Origin: Hemiscyllium ocellatum
Taxonomy: Eukaryota
NCBI RefSeq assembly: GCF_020745735.1
Contig: NC_083428.1
Location: 43,778,217 to 43,842,216 of the forward strand
Direction of reading: 5' to 3'
DNA: 64,000 bases
This document shows positions 39,771 through 50,370 of this stretch, in pieces. The translations under genes were made by a program, and so were the position numbers. The notes under the pieces are model-generated. The model was not told the DNA's origin. It saw only the letters and a program-made list of their open reading frames with translations, and made no database searches. Each line of letters opens with the position of its first letter. Within the stretch, counting starts at the first letter, position 1.

Positions 39771-41493
39771 AAGGATAATCTTGAGCACATGAAAGCAGAG
39801 CTGGCTAAAGTAAATTAGGTTAAAAAGATACATCAGAAAAGATACAGTGGCAGACAATAAGGGGGAATTTCAAAAGATACAGAGTCAATACATTCTTACA
39901 AGTGAGAAAAATTCCAGGGACAGGCTTACCATCTAGACTAGAAATTAGCTAAAATGTTAAAGATAGTATCAAACTTTGCAGAAACAGATGTCAGAACATT
40001 GGACAGAGTTCAATAAAAGCAAGGAATGACCAAAACCTAAAGAGAAAGAAAAAGTTAAGATAGGAGAGAAAGCTGGTCAGAAACGTAACAAAAGAATTTC
40101 TATAATTACATAAAGAGTTAACAAAGTGAGGTTAATTCCCATAGAAAGTGAAACTGGATAATTAGTAATGGAAAATAAGGAAATGGCAGCTAAATTGAGC
40201 ATGTAATTTGTTCTGTCTTCATTATAGGGCAAAGAACAGTAGTATGGCAAACACTTACACCCCTTATCTCCAATTACTGCAAAATGATTGCCCTCCATTT
40301 AATCAGACCAGGCACCCATTTATCTGACAGTTTGATTCTAGTACACAGACAAACTCATCCTGAAATAATCTGGAATAATCCAGAAATCTATCGATAACAC
40401 TAAATGACAAAGACCCTGGTATCTTTTATATTATTACTAAATAACCAAAGTGTTCAAACTTTTTAAAAGCTCAACAGGTCACTTTAAGCAAATTTTTAAA
40501 AAATCATTAAACTCTGATCTAACCTCTAGGTAATAAAATTCAGAAAATAGCCATTGACAGCATCAGTTTGTGTGATAAAGGGGCCAAAAAGAAATAGACT
40601 CATGTTGGCTGAAGATTCAAGACAACTTGCCCAAGTACCTGTACCTAATTAACAAGGGCAGATACCAACTACAGCACCCAAATGAAAAGACCATTTCCTC
40701 CATTAAAACAAGACATCCGCTTAATGTGCTAACTGTCAAAATGTGTTTCCCTGTCAAGTTAATTATTTAAGTTCTTGGTCTCTTCACTGATAGTTTCTCC
40801 TTAGTGATGGAGTCAACAGCACATTCTCCCTTGCTCTTTCCAGTGTTATTACTATACTCTCTTAATCTCCAATTGCAGCATTTGCTACGAAGATGCCTTT
40901 TCTCCTGTATTAAGCAAACAGCCTACATCCCTATTTAAATCCGTCTCAGCTCTCAGCATTTCCGAAAAACACAAGAGTTTAAATTCTAAATCAGTCTGCA
41001 AGTGTGAAGCAAAATCTCACCAGTTGTAGATTAATGGGCAAGGCCTCTGATTGGATGGCACTAACTGTAATTGAAAGCTGGGAGGGAAAAGACAACATCT
41101 TGTAGAATGATAAAGGAACAGCAAGTAAATTTAAGTGACAACTGTCAGTGTCTGAATGTTCTTATGAAACATGTTGATTAAAATCTGATTTTGTGATTGA
41201 ATAGTTGGTGATTCACTTGATTCACACATAGCCAGTCACTAAAGGTCCCTTTCAACATCTTGCATCTTGGAAAATCTTTTGTCTATGGAAATATGGGGCA
41301 TGCTGTAGAGATACAACCCACTTCCAGCAGTGGTTGCTAAAGCTATATCCCAAAGAAAATCCAAATGCAATACATACACTCAGTGGTAAAATTTGTCCCA
41401 GTTCTAGGGTTATTCAAATCAACATAAACAACCCCAACTTCCAGATCCAACCTGGCTGAATCCTGGACATTATTAACAGCAGAATCCACTCAC

Positions 41494-42534
41494 TTAAATG
41501 TGAACACGTTGGTGTGTCAGCAGGTTAGATGAACGAGTGAATCCTTTTCCACACACAGAACATGTAAATGGTCTCTCTCCAGTGTGAACACGTTGGTGTG
41601 TAACCAGGTTGGATGAGCGAGTGAATCTTTTCCCACATATAGTACAGATGAATGGTTTCTCCCCAGTGTGAACATGCTGGTGTGCCAACAGGCTGGAGGA
41701 ACGAGTGAATCTATTTCCACATACAGAGCAGGTGAATGGTTTCTCTCCAGTATGAACACTCTGATGTGACAGCAGATTGGATGACCGAGTGAATCCCTTC
41801 CCACAGACACAACAAACAAATGGCCTCTCCCCAGAGTGGACTCGCTGGTGTGTCAGCAGACTGGAGGACTGGATAAATGCCTTCCCACACACAGAACAGG
41901 TAAATGGTCTTTCGCCTTCATGAATACGATGGTGCGTCAGTAGGTGAGACGACCGAGTGAATCCCTTCCCACACAGTGAGCATATGAATGGCCGTTCCCC
42001 AGAGTGAACAAGCTGGTGTGTCAACAAATTGGAAGATTGAGTGAATCCCTTCCCACACACAGAGCAGGTGAAAGGCATCTCCCCTGTGTGAATGCGCTGG
42101 TGTCTCAACAGATGGGATGAGCGTGTGAACTCCTTCCCACAAGTGGAGCAACTGAATGGCCTCTCCCCAGTGTGAACTCGCTGGTGTGTCTGCAAACTAG
42201 ACGACCGAGTGAATTCTTCCCCACAGGTGGAGCAGCGGAAGGGTCTCTCCCCAGTGTGAACTCGCTGGTGTGCCAGCAGATTTGATGAACGAGAGAATCT
42301 CCTGCCACACGTGCAGCAGCAGAAGGGCCTCTCCCCACTGTGAACTCGCTGATGGGCCTGCAAATTTGATGAACGAGAGAAATTCTTCCCACACATGGAG
42401 CATATGAACAGTCTCTCCCCTGCATGCACACTCTGTTCTGCCAAGAGATCAGTCAGCTGACTAAACCTGTTCCCAACGCGAGTACACATAAATGTACGTT
42501 TCCTGTCTTCTGTAATAATGAGTTGATGAATCAT
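41494..42534 (-). CDS. C2H2 zinc-finger array protein (11 intact plus 1 degenerate finger, no KRAB/SCAN/BTB domain)
   Basis: Tandem CxxC...HxxxH fingers with TGERPF-type linkers; first in-frame ATG at 42534, stop TAA at 41494. Confidence 0.9.
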   Translation of the reverse strand: MIHQLIITEDRKRTFMCTRVGNRFSQLTDLLAEQSVHAGERLFICSMCGKNFSRSSNLQAHQRVHSGERPFCCCTCGRRFSRSSNLLAHQRVHTGERPFRCSTCGEEFTRSSSLQTHQRVHTGERPFSCSTCGKEFTRSSHLLRHQRIHTGEMPFTCSVCGKGFTQSSNLLTHQLVHSGERPFICSLCGKGFTRSSHLLTHHRIHEGERPFTCSVCGKAFIQSSSLLTHQRVHSGERPFVCCVCGKGFTRSSNLLSHQSVHTGEKPFTCSVCGNRFTRSSSLLAHQHVHTGEKPFICTICGKRFTRSSNLVTHQRVHTGERPFTCSVCGKGFTRSSNLLTHQRVHI

Positions 42535-42869
42535 CAATGATTTGTTTGTGAATTATTTAACAAACAAACACAGAACATGCATACAGTTTCTTCCCCACCA
42601 TGAATGGTGTGATGCTCTTTCAGCTGTGTAATTGGGTAAACTTCTTTCAGCAGTGCACTGCAGCGCTCTCTCATTGACCTTTACAGGTCACACTGACTGT
42701 TTCCTTCTATATTCCAAGGTCAATTATATTAATGTCCTGATAAGTAAAATTACTGTCAGATCTTGACATGATGTTTGATTTGAGCATCTCATCCGTAATT
42801 CCTCCATTTGTAATATCCTGCGAAGAAAATGCACATTTTTTTTTACTGTATGTGCCAGATAAAATCTCA

Positions 42870-43240
42870 CAACAGGCACCACAAGTATCCACTCCATTGG
42901 TAGCAGCAGTCTGTACTATCTACAAGATGCACTGCAGAAATTCACCAAAGCTTCTTTGGCAGCACCTTCTAAATCTACTAACACTTCCATCCAGAAGGAC
43001 CAAGGCGGCAGATTAATGGGAACACCACCATCTTCCCAAGTTCCCCTTCCAGCCACTCACCATCCTAACTTGAAATATTTTGTCGTTCCTTCATTATAAC
43101 TGGGTCAAAATCCTCTCTAATGGCATCGTGGGTCTACCTAGAGCAAATGAACTGCAGCAGTTCAAGAAGGCAGCCCATCACCACCTTCTCCAGGGCAATT
43201 AGGTCTGGGCAATACATTCTGACCACAAGTGAATAAAAAT
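42870..43240 (+). mobile_element. LINE 3' end of another family (L2/CR1 group); related pieces near 8560-8950, 26080-26760, 34790-35040 and 59300-59640
   Basis: Shared TTCAAGAAGGCAGC..CACCACCTTCTC..GGGCAATTAGG-type tail across copies. Confidence 0.55.
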
Positions 43241-44159
43241 ACTAGTTATTCCAGAACATTCTTGCCAATTCTATCTATTGAAGTTCAGTGCAGTCCTTAC
43301 TAGCTTCCATAGCTCAATAAATCTGGTGGACTAGAACCTGGTGTTGTGTAATTTTATAACTAAACTTATGAAGACAGAATTGGAAGACAGAACTATACAA
43401 CATAGTTTTGAAATGTCTCCCATTTAACATTGAAGTGAGGAAGAATTTCTTCTCTCAGAGGCTCTTCGGTGTTTGTAATTCTCTATCCCGAATAGCAATG
43501 GAGCTGGGCCATTGAATATTGTACACTCAAAGGGGAGTTAAGAGTTAGGTGGACGATCAGGAAATTAGAGTTAAGGCTACACTCAGATCAGTGACAATCT
43601 TATTAAATGACTCAGAAGACTCCAAGATACAAATGACTTACTTCTGTTCCTATTTCTTATATCTTTATTTTAAGGCTACTTAGATACTGCACATGAGTAT
43701 GAGTACAAGTGTCACATAGAGGAAGAATGAGAATAAAAGCATCGAGTTCTGATAATAACAGCAGAAGGTAGGTTTGGAAAAGCAATAGTAGGTGAATGAA
43801 CATCAAGAATCCCTGGGGAACAGTTATCAGATAAGATTCAAAATATCATTAAAGCAATGAACTGTCCAAACCTGAAAAGCAGGTTCTTCAAAATGATACA
43901 TGACAGAATTCTGAGGCTGAATATGACAATCATGATCAATTAGGAGACACTGACTGGTCAGAAGGAGTTTTAGTCCAATGATGAGTGTGTTAGCCACTTT
44001 AACTATGCAGTGATTGTATCTTGACAGTATGTGGAGTAGGTAGGTTAAGTGTTCACTTTGTAATCAAGACTGTTCAACATATTGAGGTCACTAAGAAGTG
44101 GTAATATCATGCAAAATAGTTGAATTAATCAATTCTGATAATAGTACAGTACATACTCT

Positions 44160-44630
44160 GTCCCCATCATCCAGTTCTCAAATTTTCCTTGTTACTCCCT
44201 TCTCTCCATTAGAGTCCTCCTTGCCCCACTACTGTCTTCCTTTGTCCTGCTCGTACTCTCTCCCCATCTTCTCTCCAACACCATCAACCTTTCTCCCTAC
44301 ACTGCCCCCACCATTGTTCCTCATTCTCCTTCACCGTCCCCCACTCTCCTTTACCATCCCCCACTCCCCTTTACTGTCCCCACCTTTCACTATTATCCCC
44401 TCTCCTTCACTGATCCCCATTCCCATTATTGTTACCCACTACCCTTAACTCCCCATCATTGTCCCCCTTCCATGTCACTGCCCCTTCCCCCTTCTCCTTC
44501 ACTGTCCCGCCTTCCCCTTCACTACCCCTTCTCTTCACTGCTCCCCTCCCCTTCACTACCCCTTCCCTATACTGCCCCCTCCCCTTCCCCTTGACCATCC
44601 CCCTTCCCTTCACTGACCTCCTTCCTCTTA
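44160..44630. repeat. Pyrimidine-rich low-complexity repeat
   Basis: Recurrent CCCCTTCACT/CCCCTTCCCC-like units. Confidence 0.75.
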
Positions 44631-45610
44631 GAGTGTGAGTAGCTGATAGAAAACAATCATATTCTCACAGTGCTAGTGAATACAATACAGTCGATACAGG
44701 TCCAGGTGGTAGATTGAGGATTTATGACACACAGGACAGAACTATCACATCCAAAGGCCAATTGGCTTGGGTAGTAACTGTAGACACACAATGATCCAAT
44801 GAATGATAAGATGCAACAATCATGGCTCACACAGGAAAAGCTGCTGGTAGCTTAAATATTGATTGACTGTTCAGGATGATGTCATGATATGGTGTCCATA
44901 GTCTGGCTGAAAGAATGAAAATAACATGAAATGTGATCCTTGTTAGAAAATGATCACACGCCACAGTTTCTAACCTTGCAAGGGAGAGAATCTCTCAGTA
45001 GTTGTCTTGGAAGACATCAAATCATGAGCTGTAATAGACTACAAAATGAAAGATGAGCCAATTGTGACATAGATCTAGAAACAGCCATTATTGTAACAGT
45101 GATGTTTTGATGGCCATAACTAATATGATGCAAAATAAACATACTGGATAGTGCAGCAATTTGGAATTGCCTCTGTAGAACTAGAAGGAAATTAGGTTCA
45201 GGGGTTAATTCAAATTATCGCAGCCCTGTGATAGAGGTGGTTTTGTACAGGTAGGGTAGAATCTTTACAGCTAAAGGTGACACTCAGGGTTTTCAGCAGC
45301 TGGACCATCCAGACTTTTGAATTGTCTCTCAAAATTAGTAAGTATTCCTAAACATCTGTTTAGCTCTTTTCGTCTCTCATTCAGGATCAAATGAGATAAA
45401 TGCCAGGTTTCCACAGAAAAAAAAAATCAATGTTGTTCCTCAAATTGTCTGAAGAGAAATCAGCTATGGCCTGAATGATGGTTTCTCTGAAAATAGGCTG
45501 TTTACAAATGACAGGAGATCCCGCACGGATTTATTGGTTAGATTAGATTCCCTACAGTGTGGAAACAGGCTCTTCAGCCCAACCAGTCCACACCGACCCT
45601 CTGAAAAGTA

Positions 45611-46165
45611 CTTGCGGAACGTTTCAGAGAACACCTCTGGGACACCCGGACCAACCAACCCAACCACCCCGTGGCTCAACACTTCAAATCCCCCTCCCAC
45701 TCCACCAAGGACATGCAGGTCCTTGGACTCCTCCATCGCCAGACCATAGCAACATGACAGTTGGAGGAAGAGCGCCTCATCTTCCACCTGGGAACCCTCC
45801 AACCACAAGGGACGAACTCAGATTTCTCCAGTTTCCTCATTTCCCCTCCCCCCATCTTGTCTCAGTGGAATCCCTCGAACTCAGCACCACCCTCCTAACC
45901 TGCAATCTTCTTCCTGACCTCTCCGCCCCCACCCCCTCTCCGGCCTATCACCCTCACCTTGACCTCTTCCACCTATTGCATCTCCAATGCCCCTCCCCCA
46001 AGTCCCTCCTCCCTACCTTTTATCTTAGCCTGCCTGGCACACTCTCCTCATTCCTGATGAAGGGCTTATGTCGATTCTCCTGTTCCTTGGATGCTGCCTG
46101 ACCTGCTGCGCTTTTCCAGCAACGCATTTTCCGCTCTGATCTCCAGCATCTGCAGACCTCACTTT
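45611..46165 (+). mobile_element. Penelope-like 3' fragment inserted into a minus-strand HE1 SINE
   Basis: RFREHLWDTRTNQPNHPVAQHF-like C-terminus, pyrimidine-rich UTR, partly deleted hammerhead, tail CCTCACTTTCTCC; TSD about CTCYGAAAAGTA. Confidence 0.8.
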
Positions 46166-46286
46166 CTCCGAAAAGTAGCCCACCGAGACCCATTTCCCTC
46201 TGACTAATACACCTAATGATATGGGCAATTTAGCATGGCCAATGCACCTGACCTGCACATCTTTGGACTGGGTACTTGAGAGAATA

Positions 46287-46599
46287 AAAAATGAAGTCTG
46301 CAGATGCTGGAGATCACAGCTGAAAATATGTGTTGCACGCCCACTACCTCAGACTCCGTCCCCACGGGCAGGTACAGCACCCCATAGACCCCGCCCCAAT
46401 CTCACATCCCTGAATAGAGAATTCGACGTTTCGAGCATAAGCCCTTCATCAGGAATGAGAGAGAGTAGCCAAGCAGGCTACTCTTGGCTTGGCTACTCTC
46501 TCTCATTCCTGATGAAGGGCTTATTCTCGAAACGTCGAATTCTCTATTCCTGAGATGCTGCCTGGCCTGCTGTGCTTTGACCAGCAACACATTTTCAGC
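46287..46599. mobile_element. Short fold-back PLE-derived element with two opposed hammerhead motifs and a templated insert
   Basis: Inverted arms about 46412-46474 and 46487-46549; TSD TAYTTKAGAGAATA. Confidence 0.85.
46421..46456 (-). ncRNA. Minimal type I hammerhead ribozyme motif
   Basis: AUUC-CUGAUGA-A-GGGC(UUAU)GCUC-GAAA-C-GUC-GAAU; stems I and II pair; plus-strand copy at 46505-46540 has one stem II mismatch. Confidence 0.75.
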
Positions 46600-46720
46600 T
46601 ATTTTAGAGAATAGCCAAGGTCTCATGTTCAGCCGACACTGCCCCCTTTAACCAGAGACCGGCAGATCCGTGACCCTTTCAGAGGACGCCCATCCCCCAC
46701 CAACAAAACACTCCACTCAC

Positions 46721-46860
46721 AAAATTCAATGGGCTTCCTCCGAGTCGAACGAAATAATTATTAAACAAGAAGCTGATCGCTAACTGAAGCCTTTATAACG
46801 GCGCGAGTCGAAATCCGCTGCAGCAACAGCCAAACACCAACGGAAACGCTGCTCGCGCCC
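46721..46860 (-). other. Putative non-coding first exon of the zinc-finger gene
   Basis: CpG-rich, no ATG, ends at ...ATTTT|GTGAGT donor (46720); matching acceptor TTTTCTTCGCAG|GATATT at 42817; 5' end approximate. Confidence 0.6.
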
Positions 46861-46899
46861 CCGCTCCCGCTCAAACAAAAGGGGCATTCTCCGCCCCCT

Positions 46900-47290
46900 C
46901 CCATAGACCCCGCCCCCTAAGACTCCACCCCCACAGGCACGCCCACCTCCCCTCATCCCCGCCACCTACAGACCCCGCCCCCTACAGACTCCACCCCCAC
47001 AGGCACGCCCACCACCCCTCATTCCCGCCCCCTACAGACTCCACCCCCACAGGCACGCCCACTACCCCTCATCCCCGCCCCCTACAGACTCCACCCCCAA
47101 AGGCACGCCCACCACCCCTCATTCCCGCCCCCTACAGACTCCACCCCCAGAGGCACGCCCTCTACCCCTCATCCCCGCCCCCTACAGACTCCACCCCCAG
47201 AGGCACGCCCACCTCCCCTCATCCCCGCCCCCTACAGACTCCGACCCCACCGGCGAGCCCACCACCCCTCAGACCCCGCCCCCACAGGCA
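46900..47290. repeat. 50-bp minisatellite, about 7 copies
   Basis: Unit CCTACAGACTCCACCCCCACAGGCACGCCCACCACCCCTCATTCCCGCCC recurs at 46981, 47031, 47081, 47131, 47181 and 47231. Confidence 0.95.
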
Positions 47291-47491
47291 CGCCCACTAC
47301 CTCAGACTCCGTCCCCACGGGCAGTAACAGCACCCCATAGACCCCGCCCCAATCTCACATGAACACAGCATCCCTGCAACTGATCCCGCCCCCATTCCCC
47401 TTTGGAACTCTCACATATTCGCCACCCAAATGGGAGGGCAAGATGGGGGGGGGGGAGTGGAAGCGGGAGGGGAGGGGGGAGTGGAAGCGGG

Positions 47492-47588
47492 NNNNNNNNN
47501 NNNNNNNNNNNNNNNNNNNNNNNNNNNNNNNNNNNNNNNNNNNNNNNNNNNNNNNNNNNNNNNNNNNNNNNNNNNNNNNNNNNNNNNN
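47492..47588. other. Assembly gap (97 N)
   Basis: Run of N flanked by G-rich repeats. Confidence 1.
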
Positions 47589-48260
47589 CGGGGGAGATGG
47601 GGGAGAGGAGGGAGGGAGATGGGGGAGAGGAGGGAGGGAGATGGGGGAGAGGAGCGGGGATGGGGAAGAGGAGGGAGGGAGATGGAGGGTAAGGAGGGGG
47701 TAGATGGGGGGTGAGGGGGGAGATGGGGGGTGAGGGGGGAGATGAGGGGTGAGGGGGGAGATGGGGGTGAGGGGGGAGATGGGGAGTGGAGGGGGGGAGA
47801 TGGGGGAGAGGAGGGGGAAGATGGGGGAGAGGAGGGGGAAGATGGGGGGAAGATGGGGGAGAGGGGGTAAGATGGGGGAGAGGAGGGGGAGATGGGGGAG
47901 AGGAGGGGGGTAAGATGGGGGAGAGGAGGGGGGGGAGATGGGGAGAGGAGGGGGGGAAATGGGGGAGAGGAGGGGGGAGATGGGGGAGAGGAGGGGGGGA
48001 AGATGGGGGAGAGGAGGGGGGGAAGATGGGGGAGAGGAGGGGGGAGATGGGGGAGAGGAGGGGGGAGATGGGGGAGAGGAGGGGGGGAAGATGGGGGGAG
48101 AGGGGTGGGGGGGAGATGGGGGGGGGGGGAGAGGGGGGGGGAAGATGGGGGGAGAGGGGGTGGGGGGAAGATGGGGGGAGAGGAGTGGGGGGAAGATGGG
48201 GGGAGAGGAGGAGTGAGATGAAAATGGGGAAGGGGAAGATGGGAGCAGGGAAAGATAGTG
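47589..48260 (+). repeat. Polypurine G-rich degenerate tandem repeat (about GGGGAGAGGAGGGGGGAGAT)
   Basis: Nearly pure G/A with recurring GATG; G4/triplex-prone composition. Confidence 0.9.
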
Positions 48261-48782
48261 TTGCAGAGGCTGCTATTGGGGAATGGGATCAGTGAGGGAG
48301 GGAGGACATCAATGATGTGAAGAAAGGGGCGTTGTGGGGATGGAGAGAAGAGGGTGATGTGGAGATGGGGACATTGGAAATCGGGAGAGACAAAGATTGT
48401 GGGAGAGGGGTCTGCAACTGCGAAAGGGGAGACAGCAATTGACAAGTGGGAGAGTGATAGAGGAGAAAGGGGAATAAGGAGAGCGATGAGTGAATGGTCA
48501 GGGAGAGGAAAGGGTGATGGTAATGAGGAAAGAGTGTCGCTTCAAAAGTTAGTGTTTCCAATAAACCTGTTGGACTATAACCTGGTGTTGTGTGATTTTT
48601 AACTTTATCCACCTCAGTCCAACACCGGACAGTGAGGGAGGGGGGGCCGTGCTCTCGCTCCTTGCCCCATTCCCCGCCCCTTCCGTGTGGGCCCGGGCCG
48701 CACCCTGTCACGGGGAAGGTCTCCCCGGGAACGGGTTTCCGGCTCCAGCAGCTCAGGCTCAGGCCCAGGCCCAGGCCCGGGG

Positions 48783-48842
48783 ATGTGCGGCTCTAACCGG
48801 TTCCACAGGCTGCTCCTGGCGGTGCTCGGCGCCGTGCTCACG
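48783..48842 (+). CDS. tspan37: Tetraspanin (TSPAN3 group, tspan37-like) coding exon 1
   Basis: ATG...ACG|gtaaga; MCGSNRFHRLLLAVLGAVLT (start of TM1); symbol is tentative, from recalled similarity to fish tspan37. Confidence 0.75.
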
Positions 48843-48883
48843 GTAAGACCCAGGGGACACGGACACAACCGGGACCGGGAGGT

Positions 48884-48940
48884 GGGATTGGGATTGGGAT
48901 TGGGATTGGGAATGGGAATGGGAATGGGATTGGGATTGGG
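48884..48940 (+). repeat. (GGGATT/GGGAAT)10 hexamer repeat in tetraspanin intron 1
   Basis: Ten GGG tracts at 6-bp period. Confidence 0.95.
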
Positions 48941-49089
48941 AAACAGCAGCCTGTGTCTGACAGAACCTTCCAGAGAGTTGACAAATCGGGAGGATGCTGC
49001 AAGGACCGGGCGGGAACCCGGTTAATGCCCAGACACTTACCGCCCACTGCATGGGGCTGGGTTCACAGATAGATACCCCATAACCCTCA

Positions 49090-49700
49090 ATACCCCCCCC
49101 CCATCCACACCCCCCATTCCTTCCCCCCATCCGCACCCCTGACCCCCCCCCCCATCTGCACCCCCCGTCCCCCCATCTGCGCACCCCCATCCCCCCATCC
49201 GCACCCCCAACCCCCCATCTGCGCACCCCTATCCCCTCCGTCCCCCTCCATCCGCACCCCCCCATCACCCACCTCGTCCCCCCCCATCCACACCACCTCG
49301 TTCCCCCCCATCCGCACCCCCTTGTCCCCCCCAATCCGCACCCCCGTCCCCCCCAACCGCACCCCCACATCCCCCCCCATCCGCACCCCCCTGTCCACCC
49401 CCATCCACACACCCCCGTTCCCCCCCATCCGCACCCCCCCGTCCACCCCATCTGCACCCCTTCGTCCCCCCCATCCGCACACCCCGTCCCCCCCCCATCT
49501 GCACCCCCTCGTCTCCCCCCATCCACACCCCCCGTCCCACCCATCCGCACTCCCCCGTCCCCCACATCCCCCCCATCCACACCCCCCGTCCCCACCCATC
49601 CGCACTCCCCCACTCTCCTCCCCCTCCCACTCTTTCCCCCCCCCCACCCCTACCCTCCTCTTTTCTCAACCCCCCCTCCACCTCACTCTCCCTTGTCCCT
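49090..49700. repeat. C-rich degenerate tandem repeat (about CCCCCCATCCGCACCCC)
   Basis: Recurrent CATCCGCACCCC/CATCCACACCCC units. Confidence 0.9.
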
Positions 49701-49784
49701 TCCTCTGATGCTGTTTTTCTCTCTTCCCCAAAGCTGTTCCTGCTCGTGTGTCCTCATGCTCCAGTTCTCTCTCTCTCCCCCCAG

Positions 49785-49976
49785 GGCAGTTCTGCTGTGC
49801 CAGTCATCGGGGGGATCTTCTTCCTGTTTACTGACAGGAGATACCAACATTTCATTGGAAATGATTATCTTCTGCTGCCAGCCGGCCTCAGCTTTGCAGT
49901 TGCTGCATTGCTCGCCCTCACCGGGATAATTGGAATGTTCTTCATCATCAACCAGAGTCGTTGCCGACAGGGAACA
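49785..49976 (+). CDS. tspan37: Tetraspanin exon 2 (TM1 end, small extracellular loop, TM2)
   Basis: cag|GGC...ACA|gtgagt; 192 bp, typical tetraspanin exon size; ...YLLLPAGLSFAVAALLALTGIIGMFFIINQSRCRQGT. Confidence 0.88.
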
Positions 49977-50061
49977 GTGAGTACAGTTGGACGCTTGGAA
50001 ATTCCAGAATCACTTCTGGAGTACTGTGTACAATTCTGGTCACCCTGCTATAGGAAAGATA

Positions 50062-50370
50062 ACACTACTGCCTCACAACACCAGGGCAACCGGGTTTGAT
50101 TCCTGCCTCGGGCAACTGACTGTGCGGTGTTTGCGCATTCTCCCTGTGTCTGCATGGGTTTCCCCCCCCACTGTCCAAAGATGTGCAGGTTAGATGAATT
50201 GGATGTACGAAATTACCCATAGTGTTCAGGAAAGCGTAGCTTAGGTGCATTAGTTCAGGGTAAATGTAGAGTAATAGGGTAGGGGAATGACTCGGGTGGG
50301 ATACTCTTCGGAGGGTTAGTGTGGACTTGGCCAAATGGCCTGTTTCCACACTAAGGATTCTATGATTCTA
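50062..50370 (+). mobile_element. HE1-type V-SINE nested in CR1
   Basis: Partial head, V-domain and GATTCTATGATTCTA tail. Confidence 0.82.

Larger units (their letters stand above)
46680..48900. promoter_or_regulatory. GC-rich divergent promoter region between the ZNF (-) and tetraspanin (+) genes
   Basis: CpG-rich patches at about 46780-47350 and 48620-48880; many GC boxes (CCCGCCCC) and CACGCCC/CCACCCC motifs; first exons point away from each other. Confidence 0.65.

Noticed and set aside
41517-42431. Alternative-frame ORFs over the ZNF
   Set aside because: Shadows of the repetitive finger array.
46900-47290. Regular repeats resembling a CRISPR array
   Set aside because: Head-to-tail units with no unique spacers, no cas genes, vertebrate context.
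48884-48940. Interstitial telomere
   Set aside because: The G-rich strand reads GGGATT/GGGAAT, not GGGTTA.
47359-49708. Long Gly/Pro/Arg-rich ORFs (up to 344 aa)
   Set aside because: Artefacts of stop-poor G/C low-complexity repeats; some span the N gap.
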